This document shows, in pieces, positions 50,783-61,430 of a stretch of DNA of 64,000 bases. Within the stretch, counting starts at the first letter, position 1, and each line of letters starts with the position of its first letter. The notes beneath the pieces are model-generated. The model saw nothing but the letters and a program-made list of their open reading frames with translations. It was not told the DNA's origin and made no database searches. Made by a program: the position numbers and the translations under genes. Source of the stretch: Candidatus Latescibacterota bacterium. GTDB lineage: Bacteria; Latescibacterota; UBA2968; GCA-2709665. Location: positions 896,001 to 960,000 of the forward strand of contig OZ242180.1 in the NCBI GenBank assembly GCA_965205485.1, written 5' to 3'.

Positions 50783-51917
50783 ATGGCAGCCGTAGTCCTA
50801 AAAGACGTCCGAAAGATCTATAACGGAAACACCGTCGCGGTAGACGACTTCAGCCTTCGCGTCGAGGACGGCGAGTTCGTGGTGCTGGTGGGGCCCTCCG
50901 GATGCGGAAAATCGACCACCCTCCGGCTGATTGCCGGCCTGGAGGAGGTGGACGGGGGCGAAATCCACATCGACGGATGCCTGACGAACGACCTTCCGCC
51001 CAAGGACAGGAATATCGCGATGGTCTTCCAGAACTACGCCCTCTACCCCCACATGGACGCCTACCGGAATATGGCCTTCGGGCTGAAACTGAGAAAATAT
51101 CCCAGGGAGGAGATCGACGACCGGGTGCGTGAGGCGGCGGACATCCTGGGAATCCGGGACCTGCTGCACCGAAAGCCGAAGGAACTCTCAGGCGGACAGC
51201 GTCAGCGGGTAGCCCTTGGCCGTGCTATCGTTCGGAAGCCGAAGGTCTTCCTATTCGACGAGCCCCTGTCCAACCTGGACGCCAGACTGCGGGTTCAGAT
51301 GCGAACGGAACTCAGCAAGCTGCATGCACGGCTCAACGCGACCATGATTTACGTCACCCACGACCAGGTCGAAGCGATGACCATGGGCGACCGCCTCGTC
51401 GTCATGCAAGACGGACGGATCCAGCAGGTCGGAGCCCCGGTCCACCTGTACCGGAGACCCGCGAACCGTTTCGTCGCCGGCTTTATCGGCAGCCCGGCAA
51501 TGAATTTCCTCGAGGGCGAACTCGTCCGGGATGCCGGCCTGGCCTTCCGGGGAGACGGCCTCCGCCTCCCTGTACCGGACCGGCACCGGGACAGCCTGTC
51601 AGGATACATCGGCCGCCGCGTCATCCTTGGAATCCGCCCCGAGCACATCCACTACGCGTCTTCAGCCCTCGGACCCGGGGAGTCAGAAGACGTTTCCGCG
51701 AAGAGTCGACCTCGTCGAACCGATGGGACATGAGACCTTGCTCTACCTGACCGTCGGACGCGCCTCCTGCGTGGCCAGGGTGACCGCGGATCCCGCACCC
51801 GCGGTGGACAGCGAGGTCCGGCTCGCATTCGACCTCTCCGCCGTCCACTTCTTCGACCGGGAGACCGAAGCCGCGCTGCTCCGGATACACCCGAATAGCA
51901 AACCGACGCGGGGCTGA
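50783..51917 (+). pseudogene. Sugar ABC transporter ATP-binding protein (MalK/UgpC type), +1 frameshift near 51701 (possibly a sequencing error)
   Basis: [25 protein letters not shown]. Removing one A at gcg-a-aga restores [12 protein letters not shown]...VHFFDRET (TOBE domain) to the stop at 51917. Confidence 0.85.
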
Positions 51918-51923
51918 AGGCGC

Positions 51924-52763
51924 TCAGGACTTCACCGCTCCCGACATCAGACCCGACGTCAACCGTTTCCTGACCAGCAGAAACAGCAGCACGGTGGGAA
52001 CCGTCGCCACCACCGCGGTCGCCATCAGCAGGTTCCATTCCACCACGTTGTTCTTTTCCCACGCATAGAGCGCCATCGTGATCGGCTGCATTTCCCTCCG
52101 GGAAACGAGCACCAGCGCGAAGATGAACTCGTTCCAGGCGGTCACGAACGCAAAGATCGCGGTCGTCGCCAGCCCGGGTCCGGTCAGCGGCAGGGCGATC
52201 CTGAAGAGCATGCCCGTCCGGGACAGGCCGTCGATCATCGCGGCATCTTCCAGCTCTTCGGGAATGTGCCTGAAAAACCCCGCCAGTATCCAGATTGAAA
52301 AAGGCAGGGTAACGGCGGTATTCACCAGAATCAGGCCGCTGTAGGTGTCGAGAAGGTGGAGTGCCTTCATCACCTTGAACAGGGGAATCAGAACGATCAC
52401 GGGGGAAAACATCTGCATCACGAGGATGCCCAGACCGAACACCCCGCGCCCGCGGAACCTGATGCGCGCCATCGCGTAGGCCGCCGGAGTCGCCAACGCA
52501 ATGTTCAGAACCGTGGTTCCCGTGGCGATAATCATACTGTTCACCAGATGGCGCGCCATTGGAATCCGGACGAAGACGTCCACGTAATTCTGCCACGCAA
52601 ACAGCCTGGGCACCAGCGTCGCCGGCGATTGGAACACTTCGCCCAGCGTCTTCAGGGAGGTCCCCGCAACCACCAGAAACGGAAACAGCGCGAAGGCGGC
52701 GACGCCCGCTATCAGGAGCGCCCGCAATACTTCGGCTGGCCGTACGCGGAACGGTCCCAACAC
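51924..52763 (-). CDS. Carbohydrate ABC transporter permease (MalG-like)
   Basis: IPEELEDAAMIDG EAA loop, AWNEF; likely GTG start overlapping the upstream TAG. Confidence 0.9.
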   Translation of the reverse strand: MLGPFRVRPAEVLRALLIAGVAAFALFPFLVVAGTSLKTLGEVFQSPATLVPRLFAWQNYVDVFVRIPMARHLVNSMIIATGTTVLNIALATPAAYAMARIRFRGRGVFGLGILVMQMFSPVIVLIPLFKVMKALHLLDTYSGLILVNTAVTLPFSIWILAGFFRHIPEELEDAAMIDGLSRTGMLFRIALPLTGPGLATTAIFAFVTAWNEFIFALVLVSRREMQPITMALYAWEKNNVVEWNLLMATAVVATVPTVLLFLLVRKRLTSGLMSGAVKS

Positions 52764-53630
52764 TATACCTCCCGCCTGTAGAACACCCGCCACTGAAGAA
52801 GACTGATCCCAAGCAGCAGGAAGAACGCCAGAACGGTGAGGGCGCCGGCCTGGCCGAAATTGAAATAGCCGAACGCGCGCCGGTAGATTTCGGTGACCAT
52901 GATCTGGGTCTGGTTTGCCGGGCCTCCCCCCGTAATAACGTAGATGAAGACAAAGCTGTTGAAGGACCAGATCACGCTGACCAGCAGAACCGCCAGCGTA
53001 ACCGGACGCAGGAGCGGCAGGGTGATATGGCGGAACTGGCGGAATTCCGTAGCCCCGTCAATCCTGGAAGCCTCGTACAGATCGCCGGGGATCGACTGCA
53101 GCGCCGACAGGAATGCGAACGTGGTGAACGGCAGGGCCGTCCACAACCGGGCAACCAGCGCACCCGGCAAAGGCCGTTGAAGCGTCCGTCAGCCACTGAA
53201 CCGGCGTATCGATGAGTTGCAGGCCCAGCAGAAGCGAATTCAGGTGCCCGTACTCGCCGTTGTACATCCACTTCCAGGTGATCGCCGCCACCACCAGCGG
53301 CATGGCCCAGGCCAGGATCAGCATGCCCCGGACCCATTCGCTCAAAACCGACTCCCGGCTCAACAACAGCGCCACGCCCAGACCCAATCCCACGTTCATC
53401 GCGACCGCCAGGGCCGTCCACAAGGCCGTGTTCTTCAGCACCAGCAGAAACAGATCGTCCTGCAGGAGTCCGAGGTAATTCCCAATCCCGGCAAACGTCT
53501 CTCCCTTGTAGGACGTGTGATAGAGACTCGTCTCCATCACGTCAAGAATGGGATATCCCATAAACAGAAACAACCACACCGCCGCGGGGGCAACGTAGAG
53601 GTACGCCAGCCGTCGTTTCTCCCGCTCCAT
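52763..53630 (-). pseudogene. Carbohydrate ABC transporter permease (MalF-like), +1 frameshift near 53164 (possibly a sequencing error)
   Basis: The 5' half (FAGIGNY, WKWMYNGEYG) joins the 3' half (LQSIPGDLYEASRIDGA, TGGGP) if one G of gccgggt is removed. Confidence 0.85.
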
Positions 53631-53651
53631 GCGGCCTCCTTAAAAGCTGTC

Positions 53652-54917
53652 TTAAAATTCCCTGCGATCCTCGCGCGGAAGCGTCGGGTCTTCCAGTTCT
53701 CTCATCAGACGCGCATAAACCTTGTCCAGCGCCTCACGCGGAGACGCCGTACCCGCCAGAACCATCTGAATCGCCTCTCCCCATCCATCCTGGATCTTCG
53801 TCCATTCCGGGTGCTTCGGCGTCAGTTTGATCAGGTCCGCCTGCGCCAGGTAATTCCGGATCGGCAGGGTCCTGTAATACGCGTGCTCTGACACCGTCCC
53901 GGTCACCGGCACGCCCCCGTTTTCCACGTCCATCAACTCCCGATTTTCCGGCCGCTGCGTAAAGCGGATGAAGTCATACGCCAGGTCTTTCTGCTTCGAC
54001 GTGGAGAACACGGAGAGAATGTCCAGAATCAGCAGCATCTTCCGGTCCCGACCCGCCGGCGTCATCAGCGGCTCGCACGCGACTCCGGCATCCCTGCAGC
54101 GCCCGTACTGCCAGGGTCCGCTGAACGTGAGACCTGCCTTTCCCGCATCCATGACCGCATAGCAGTCATCCGCGTTCAGATTCAGGATGCCCGGCGGCAT
54201 GGCCCTGTCCACGAGGTGCAGATCCGTGAGAAACGTCACGTACGCCACCGCCTCGGCGCTGTTGATGGCAAGCCGGCCGTCGCCGTCGAAGAAGTCGGCG
54301 CCGAAGCCCCACATCATCGCGATCTGTTCCTGCATCAGGTGTTTCGGCCTTCCCGCTCCCACACAGATCCCGTAGCGTTCGGGCGGGCTGTTCAGCTTGA
54401 TTGCCAGGTCCCGGACCGCCTCCCACGTTTCGGGGTGTCCGCTTATCCCTTCCTCTTCCATCCAGTCCCTGCGCGCGTAGAGAACCCGGTTGGCGCCCCA
54501 CAGCGGCACCCCGTACGTCTTTCCCCTGTATTCGCCCGCGCTCAGAGCCGTGGAAATCCACGCGTTGCGTTCGTCAGCCGACATGTAGTCGTCCAGAGGC
54601 TCCAGCACCCCGCGCTCCGCGTACTCCGAAATCATCCCCATGAACAGATACCCGAGGTCCGGAAGCGTTCCTCCCTGTATCATGGTATTGTAGACCGTCG
54701 GACCCTGATCGTACGGGATGAACCTCTGCTCGATCCGCACGCCCGGATGTTCCGCTTCGAATCCCTCCTTCCACGCCCGGAACGCTTCCCGTTGCGGGCC
54801 CATCCAGGCGATTCTGAGCGTCGTCTTCTCACCGGGCGATCCATCGTCGGACCCGCCGCAGGCGGCAAGCGCGTAAACGAATAACCAGCCCACCGATAGC
54901 CATCGACCCATCTGCAT
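53652..54917 (-). CDS. Sugar ABC transporter substrate-binding lipoprotein
   Basis: Lipobox LAA-C, GVLEPLDDY, YGVP, PETWE, GKAG..FSGPW; start at MQMGRW. Confidence 0.88.
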   Translation of the reverse strand: MQMGRWLSVGWLFVYALAACGGSDDGSPGEKTTLRIAWMGPQREAFRAWKEGFEAEHPGVRIEQRFIPYDQGPTVYNTMIQGGTLPDLGYLFMGMISEYAERGVLEPLDDYMSADERNAWISTALSAGEYRGKTYGVPLWGANRVLYARRDWMEEEGISGHPETWEAVRDLAIKLNSPPERYGICVGAGRPKHLMQEQIAMMWGFGADFFDGDGRLAINSAEAVAYVTFLTDLHLVDRAMPPGILNLNADDCYAVMDAGKAGLTFSGPWQYGRCRDAGVACEPLMTPAGRDRKMLLILDILSVFSTSKQKDLAYDFIRFTQRPENRELMDVENGGVPVTGTVSEHAYYRTLPIRNYLAQADLIKLTPKHPEWTKIQDGWGEAIQMVLAGTASPREALDKVYARLMRELEDPTLPREDRREF

Positions 54918-54936
54918 GTTACGCTTCTCCTGTCTT

Positions 54937-56907
54937 TCAATACGCATGTACACCGTGCCCCTCACCGCCGAACCAGGTGATGTCCAGCACGAACGAAACC
55001 CCGACGTTTAGCGCATATCCGACCATCAGTCCCAGGAAAAAGGGAATGGAACGCCGGTAGAGAAAAACGCCGCCCGCCTTCAGCACGATCGCCTTTACCG
55101 ACCAGGCGAGAAACACCGACAGCACCGAATGCACCGTCATTCCCGACCAGGTAACGGCCAGGCCCAGCGGGTGCAGCGGCCACCAGGGTACCCGGTAACG
55201 CAGAAACGTCAGCGCGAGCATAGCGATGCAGCCGGCGCCGAAATACCCGAAAACCTCCGGCTTTACCGGATCCGGGCTGGACATCATGCTCACGAATGAA
55301 TTAAAGGTTGGAACCGTCCGCCGGAGCAGGGCGATGCTCCCGAAATTGTACGCGCCGATCGTATAACCCCAGTAGAGCGTCAGGCCGACCGCCGTCGCCA
55401 CGGCCCCGACCAGGCCCAGCGCGACGGCAAGGCCCAGCCTCCGCCGGTTTCCCCCGATCAGGTCGCCGATCTTCGCCACGTGCGCCAGAGCGGGCATGAA
55501 GAGCCCGCGGCCGTCGTTGCGCAGGGCGAAGGTAAAGGCGAGCGCCGTCATCGCGCGCCCGGGAATCGCGGCCGGGCCGACGGTGCGCAGGATGGCGGTC
55601 TGCGGGAACATGGGCGAGCTGACGTACAGCAGGCCGGACTGCGCCACCACCCGCGCGATGCCCAGGTAGGTAATGAAAAAGAGAAGCACCAGTACCGTAG
55701 AAAGGAGCAGTCCCATGCCCGAATTGTAGAACCAGGCGATGATGAAAACCAGACTCAACGCCGCGCCGCTCACGGCCGTCCGGTAGGACAGGATCTCATC
55801 GGCATCGTCGCCGGACGGACGGAGCGCACCTCTGAGGACCTGTCGCAGGTGTTTCCGGGCGGTCCACAGCCCCCACACCACCAGCGTACACAACGCGCCG
55901 ATGCTCTGCCACGACACGGCCGCCCCGCCCGAGATCCCGCCAACGCCCAGCCTCCCGAAGGCGAATACCTCCCACATCGCCATGAAGTGGAAGAACCAGA
56001 TGCTGAAGAGCACGTCCAGATTGGCCAGATACGCGAAGCCGATCGTATAGAAATTGATGGTCGTGTGGAGCGGCGGGAATCCCTTGAAGAAGGTCGTCCA
56101 TCGCGACGGGATGCCGAGCGGAATCTCGGGAAACCCCGGCGCGAAGTGCGACATCATGTTCCAGGTCATCACCAGGGTGGCGGCCCCGAATCCGAACTTG
56201 AACGCGCGGGTGCGCATGAAACCCGGAAACAGGACTCCGTCCCGCACATCTCCGGCCATGTCCGCGGCCACCTGCGCGAGCGGGTACACCAGGCGTTCGT
56301 ACTCCACCCACTGCCGGCGCAGAATCACCATCATACACATCGAAGCAAAGGCGAAAGCGCCCACGAGGGCCATCCACCAGCTCAGCGGTCCGGCCCAGGC
56401 GCCCACGGGTATCGGAGCATCCTTCGAGGGGAGGCCTTCGAACAGCATCCTCATGGTGCCGCCGCGGTTCGAAGGTGCGATCCAGTCCGGCATATGGATA
56501 TGAAAAAAGGCGCTCCACTGGTTTTCCGGGGTTGCCAGGTAGTACGGAACCGAGATCGTTCCCAGGAGCGTGGTCATCAGACTGAATCCGGGTATCATCG
56601 CACCGGTCAGGCCCATCGCGACCACCACCAGAATCTCCGACCGGGACAGCCCCCAGCCGTGCCGCAGCGCCCTGAGCGCGGGATTGACGAACAGCGCCAG
56701 GAGCATGAACGGCACGAACAGCCCCATCGGAAAGTGCGTCACCTGCAGCCAGGAAGCCCGGATCAGATAGAGCGAGTAGAGGATCCAGAAGTTGACGAAG
56801 ACCACCATCAACAGACCGATCCCGACGGACCTCGCCGTGACTCCGCTTCGCATATCCCGAGGGGCTTCTTTCAGTGGCACCGCGGTTTGTATTTGCGATG
56901 ATTCCAT
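54937..56907 (-). CDS. DUF6785/DUF6784-type multi-pass membrane protein (putative OPT-like transporter)
   Basis: YLATPENQW, LRRQWVEYERLVYPL, WWPLHPLG, WFGGEGH. Confidence 0.72.
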   Translation of the reverse strand: MESSQIQTAVPLKEAPRDMRSGVTARSVGIGLLMVVFVNFWILYSLYLIRASWLQVTHFPMGLFVPFMLLALFVNPALRALRHGWGLSRSEILVVVAMGLTGAMIPGFSLMTTLLGTISVPYYLATPENQWSAFFHIHMPDWIAPSNRGGTMRMLFEGLPSKDAPIPVGAWAGPLSWWMALVGAFAFASMCMMVILRRQWVEYERLVYPLAQVAADMAGDVRDGVLFPGFMRTRAFKFGFGAATLVMTWNMMSHFAPGFPEIPLGIPSRWTTFFKGFPPLHTTINFYTIGFAYLANLDVLFSIWFFHFMAMWEVFAFGRLGVGGISGGAAVSWQSIGALCTLVVWGLWTARKHLRQVLRGALRPSGDDADEILSYRTAVSGAALSLVFIIAWFYNSGMGLLLSTVLVLLFFITYLGIARVVAQSGLLYVSSPMFPQTAILRTVGPAAIPGRAMTALAFTFALRNDGRGLFMPALAHVAKIGDLIGGNRRRLGLAVALGLVGAVATAVGLTLYWGYTIGAYNFGSIALLRRTVPTFNSFVSMMSSPDPVKPEVFGYFGAGCIAMLALTFLRYRVPWWPLHPLGLAVTWSGMTVHSVLSVFLAWSVKAIVLKAGGVFLYRRSIPFFLGLMVGYALNVGVSFVLDITWFGGEGHGVHAY

Positions 56908-57026
56908 GAATATCGTACCGAGCCTATCTCAGTCGGAAGATTCCGCAGTGGGTGTCACTGCGTTCCGCACGCGGGGCGGCGGAACATCGGCAGGATCTGC
57001 CAGGGGAACTTGGCGAACGTTGCCAA

Positions 57027-59012
57027 CTACCACCAGTGCACCTGGTGTCCCTGCCCGGGAAACCAGATGGCATCGACGGTAAAGGCCAACACAACGCCCG
57101 CCGTGTATCCCACCAGCAGACCCAGGAACAAGGGCTTGGACCGGCGGTAGAGGGCGACACCGCCTACACGCATGACAACCGCTTTGGCAGCCCACGCCAT
57201 GAATACCGGCATCGCCAGGCTGTATACGTTGTCCGCGGCGGCCACGGCCAGCCCGATGGGGTGGATCGGCCACCAGGAAAAGCGATACCGCAGGAACGTG
57301 AGTACCGCCATCAGACCCGCGCCGATCCCGAAGAACAACACCCGGCTCAACTCGGGCGCACCCGGCGTACGCATCTGTCCCAGGGTGGTGGAGAAGACCG
57401 CCTTGGGATTCCCGTTGAAGAACAGCCGGGAGAAGTTGTAGGCGCCGTGCGTATGGCCCAGATGAAGCGTAAACCAGATTGATGAGACGAGCCCCGCGAA
57501 GACGCCCACCGTGACGCACAACAGCAGGAGGCGCCGGTTTCCGCGGATCCGGTCCGCCAGGCGCACGGCCTGCGCCAGCCCGGGCGTGAAGAGTCCCCGC
57601 ATATAGTCGATCAGCGCGTAGGAAAGCGCGATGGACGTCAGACACGCGCCGGAGAGTCCGTAGGTGCCCCGCAGGTCCATCACGAAGGCCTGCGGCGTCA
57701 CCGTACCCTGCGCGTACGCCACACCGGCCTCGGACACGACCCGGGCCAGTCCGATATAGATGATGCCCAGCGCGAACAGGAACATCGCCGCCGAAATCGC
57801 GTCCATGCCGGATCGATGGAGCCAGAACAGCGTGAAAATTACGCTCAGCAGCAGGCCCAGGACCGATGCCCGGTACGACAGGACCTCCCTGCCGTCGTCC
57901 AGCGGATGGTCCGGCCGCAGCGCCTTGAGGAACACTCCCCTCAGGTGGGTTCGGGCGACCCACAGGCGCCACGCGACGAGGCATGCAAGCGCGCCGAAGC
58001 ACTGCCACGCCTCGGTGGGCGGATCCGCGCTGAAGGTATCCGTGGACCGTTCGATCTGGTACCCGAGCCGGTTGAAGATGCCCCCCTCAACCACGTGTAC
58101 CAGGAAGAAGAACCAGATGCTGAACAGCACCTGCAGGTTGGCGAAATACGCGAACCCGATGGTGTAGAACTGCAGGGGCTGGATATAGACGCCTGGAGAG
58201 TAGCGCGTAAAGCGGAAGTAGCCCGCGTGGGGAAAGAACCGGATGCCGGGCATCCCGTGGAAGAACCAGGATGTGGCGTGCCAGGCGAACAGCGCAAATG
58301 CGAATACGGCGCCGAACCAGAAGAGCCGGCCCTTCATGAAGTCCGGTAGCGTACTCCGGGACGACGCGCCTTCCGCCATTTCCATCGGCACGGCGGCAAG
58401 AGGATAGACCAGCTTCTCGTTTTCGGCCCACTGTCGTCGCAGAATGACCATCGCGCAGGCCGAACCGACCAGGAGCGCCGCGACCAGGCTGCCCCACCAC
58501 GCCAGGGGCGCGAGCCACGCATTCCAGGCATCGACCCCGGCCGCGCCGCCTTCGAAGAACGCCCGAAGCGCATCTCTGTCTGACGGGACCATCCATGCCT
58601 GAAGATGCGGGTGGTAGTATTCCGCCCACCCGTTCTCCGGCGTTGCGAAGTAGATCGGGCTGCCGATCACCCCCACCAGGAACCCGGTGACACCGGACGT
58701 CGGCACCACCGAGCCCACCATCCCGATCGCCGCCACCGTCAACAGCTCGGAAGGCGACAGAACTGCGCGCGGCCTGATCCGCCGGAGCAGCGGGTTCACG
58801 CCGCCCACCAGGGCGATGAAAATGCTCAGCAGCGTCAGCTGAAAGAAACTCAGGTTGAGCCGGGAGGAGCGTACGACTGTCTCCGCGTAGGTCACCCAGA
58901 GGTTGATCGCGACCACGGCCAGCACGCCGATGAACACTGCCCGGAGGGTGATCCCTTCTTTTGACCTCGAGTGCTGCTCAACCGAAAGGGATTTCTCTCC
59001 GGATCGATCCAT
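57027..59012 (-). CDS. DUF6785/DUF6784-type multi-pass membrane protein (putative OPT-like transporter)
   Basis: YFATPENGW, LRRQWAENEKLVYPL, WWPIHPIG, WFPGQGH. Confidence 0.72.
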   Translation of the reverse strand: MDRSGEKSLSVEQHSRSKEGITLRAVFIGVLAVVAINLWVTYAETVVRSSRLNLSFFQLTLLSIFIALVGGVNPLLRRIRPRAVLSPSELLTVAAIGMVGSVVPTSGVTGFLVGVIGSPIYFATPENGWAEYYHPHLQAWMVPSDRDALRAFFEGGAAGVDAWNAWLAPLAWWGSLVAALLVGSACAMVILRRQWAENEKLVYPLAAVPMEMAEGASSRSTLPDFMKGRLFWFGAVFAFALFAWHATSWFFHGMPGIRFFPHAGYFRFTRYSPGVYIQPLQFYTIGFAYFANLQVLFSIWFFFLVHVVEGGIFNRLGYQIERSTDTFSADPPTEAWQCFGALACLVAWRLWVARTHLRGVFLKALRPDHPLDDGREVLSYRASVLGLLLSVIFTLFWLHRSGMDAISAAMFLFALGIIYIGLARVVSEAGVAYAQGTVTPQAFVMDLRGTYGLSGACLTSIALSYALIDYMRGLFTPGLAQAVRLADRIRGNRRLLLLCVTVGVFAGLVSSIWFTLHLGHTHGAYNFSRLFFNGNPKAVFSTTLGQMRTPGAPELSRVLFFGIGAGLMAVLTFLRYRFSWWPIHPIGLAVAAADNVYSLAMPVFMAWAAKAVVMRVGGVALYRRSKPLFLGLLVGYTAGVVLAFTVDAIWFPGQGHQVHWW

Positions 59013-59044
59013 ATCCGCCTTTTTCCGTGTCTCTCAGCAGAACC

Positions 59045-61399
59045 TCATCCTTCAGCTGGTAGAATCGCGAACTCGTCGAACCAGAAGTGCTGTCCTTCTC
59101 TTGCGTTCCCGTGCGTATAGAATCGGAAGCGCCGCAAATGACGGACTTCCTCGATGTGTTCGCGAATCGTCCGCGCATCCAGTTCCGCAATGTGCCATCG
59201 GCCGTCATCCAGCAAAGCGCATGAATCCGTATAGGGGTATGGACCGCAATCGCGGGACGACGTCCCCCCGACAATTACAACCCCCTCCCCATATGCTTCG
59301 GCGGGAAATGCCTGGAGCCACAGACCCACCGGGATCCCCTCGGGTATCCGATAGGCAAACCGCACTATCGGATAGGCGTCGATATCCCATTCCCCGGGAG
59401 CGAGACTGCAGCCCAGGTCGGACCCGTCGGTCTCAGCAAAGAGCCGAACGCACCTGCTTCCCCCGAAACCACCGGTAACGAATTCATGACCTGTCAGCCG
59501 GTTTCCGCGATAGATCTTGAACAGGTACCCCCAATCCAGCGTTGTCTCTTCTTCGAAATCGACCACGAGCATCGGCGCGGCAGGATCGACAGGCTGTTCC
59601 ACCTTAACAAACGCCACGTCGACGTCCTCGTCGCCGTCCGCGTACCTCACGCGGACCCGAGACGGATAGTGGCCGGGATCCGAATACACGTGTACGGCTT
59701 CGCGCGCCTCCATCGAGTCGCCGTCGCCGAAGTCCCACCGGACAGAAACGATGTCATTTCCCGCCGGCACGACTTGAAACCTGACTTCATCTCCGGGTTC
59801 CGCCCTGACCGGCTCGGCCTTCGCGATCAGGCTCCCTTGACTCCCCGGTCCACGCTGGTATGCGCCGATATCCGGCGCCGCGCCAGACCAGGGCAGGCTT
59901 ACCGGATCGCCAGCCTCCCATTCCATCTCCCGGTCCAGAAGGAGCAGGTCCGGCTGATAGTAGTTGAGTACGACTTTCTCGATGTGGGCGGTCCGATCGC
60001 TTTGCCCTATGGCTACCCGGTCTCCCTTCTCGCCTTCGATGCCGAACCCGTCGTAGAAGTATCTGCCGTCGTCAACGGGGACCTCCCGGCCATGCCCGGC
60101 GCGTCTCGTGAGCGTCAGCGCCCGTCCCGCGTCGATACACGGACTGTCCGGTCGCAGGCGAAAATCGCGGTTTGACGCGTCCACGAAGCCGGGGTCCACG
60201 TCGAGGTTATCCTCGAATTCCCGCCAGTGTCCCCGGACCACCGAGTTCCGATTGGCTTCGTCCACCGTCAGGAAACGGTCTCCGTACCGCACCACGCGCT
60301 GCCCGGCATCCGTGCCCCGGAACACGTTGCTCAGAAACAGGTTGTCGCCTGCTATTTCCGCCCCCCTCACAATCTGGACGCTGCCGCCGTACTTGTCATT
60401 CCAGGAGAAGATATTGTTGACGAAAACGTTCGAGCTTACGTTGATCCCGGTCAGTTCCCACCCGTACCCGAGGTTGTCCGCGATCGTATTGTGGTACACC
60501 CTGGAATTGACGAAGCGGAACGGATCACGCACGTGGTAGTTGACCGGCACGTAACTCAATGAGTTGAGCGGCGTATGCCGGTTTCCGTAGACCCGGTTGA
60601 AGCGGATGATACCGTCAATCAACAGATTCTTCGCCCGGCTGTCGGCCGAATGCGCGCTGTCGAGCGCCTCGGTAACGATGTTCCCCTCGACAAGGGCCCT
60701 TCCGGAAGCCCAGAATTCATAGTTGCGCCCCCACGGGTTGTGAAAGCAGTTCGACCGTACCACCAGATTGTTCGTCATGGAAATCTGCAGCGGACAATGC
60801 CCGACCCGCGCGAACGCGTTTCCCTCGATCAGCACGTACGTGCACTCGACCACCTGGCACATATTGCCGCCGACGCGATCCTTCCGGAAACCGTTGTCGA
60901 CGAGCCGGACATGCTCGCATCCGGTGAGCACCAGCGGTGTCGAATGCCCGGCTTTCTCCATATAACAACCCGATACGGAAAGGCGGTGGCATTCATCGGC
61001 GCGCATCCACGGCCCGTCGCCGGGCGCAATCCGGAAGTCTTCGATTCTGATGTTCCGCTTATGCTGCAGATCCACGGCCGGCTGTTTCCCGCCCGCGCCC
61101 GAAAGCACCGCCGCGTGCCTCGCCTCCGACCGGAATCGGATGGGCGCATCCGGTGTTCCCGAGGATTCCGGCGCGATCGTACCGTGGTAGGTCCCCGGAA
61201 GAAAGACCACGGTGTCCCCCGCCTCCGCGCCGGCATTCGCGCGATCGATGCTTCTCCAGGGAGACTCGCGTCCGCCCGGGCCCGAGTCGTCGCCATCCGG
61301 CGAGAGGTAGAACACCGCGCCCAGGCAGGGTACGGCGAGGGTCGCCAATAAGACGAACAGATCCATGGACACGAGGGCTGTTTCGGACGCAAGCAGCAT
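59045..61399 (-). CDS. Exported right-handed beta-helix protein with PKD domain and C-terminal CBM-like domain
   Basis: FYLSPDGDDSGPG..PWRSI..AGDTVVFLPGTY; DFRLRPDSPCIDAG; PDIGAY; PKD motif WDFGDG..HVYSDPGHY; GGAGAAGG RBS before ATG 61399. Confidence 0.72.
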   Translation of the reverse strand: MLLASETALVSMDLFVLLATLAVPCLGAVFYLSPDGDDSGPGGRESPWRSIDRANAGAEAGDTVVFLPGTYHGTIAPESSGTPDAPIRFRSEARHAAVLSGAGGKQPAVDLQHKRNIRIEDFRIAPGDGPWMRADECHRLSVSGCYMEKAGHSTPLVLTGCEHVRLVDNGFRKDRVGGNMCQVVECTYVLIEGNAFARVGHCPLQISMTNNLVVRSNCFHNPWGRNYEFWASGRALVEGNIVTEALDSAHSADSRAKNLLIDGIIRFNRVYGNRHTPLNSLSYVPVNYHVRDPFRFVNSRVYHNTIADNLGYGWELTGINVSSNVFVNNIFSWNDKYGGSVQIVRGAEIAGDNLFLSNVFRGTDAGQRVVRYGDRFLTVDEANRNSVVRGHWREFEDNLDVDPGFVDASNRDFRLRPDSPCIDAGRALTLTRRAGHGREVPVDDGRYFYDGFGIEGEKGDRVAIGQSDRTAHIEKVVLNYYQPDLLLLDREMEWEAGDPVSLPWSGAAPDIGAYQRGPGSQGSLIAKAEPVRAEPGDEVRFQVVPAGNDIVSVRWDFGDGDSMEAREAVHVYSDPGHYPSRVRVRYADGDEDVDVAFVKVEQPVDPAAPMLVVDFEEETTLDWGYLFKIYRGNRLTGHEFVTGGFGGSRCVRLFAETDGSDLGCSLAPGEWDIDAYPIVRFAYRIPEGIPVGLWLQAFPAEAYGEGVVIVGGTSSRDCGPYPYTDSCALLDDGRWHIAELDARTIREHIEEVRHLRRFRFYTHGNAREGQHFWFDEFAILPAEG

Positions 61400-61430
61400 T
61401 TCCTTCTCCAAATGATGTCCGCGGCGCGAC

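Noticed and set aside
51695..53170. Programmed ribosomal frameshifting in the ABC genes
   Set aside because: No slippery heptamer or long homopolymer, and no precedent I know of in these families; error or mutation is more likely.
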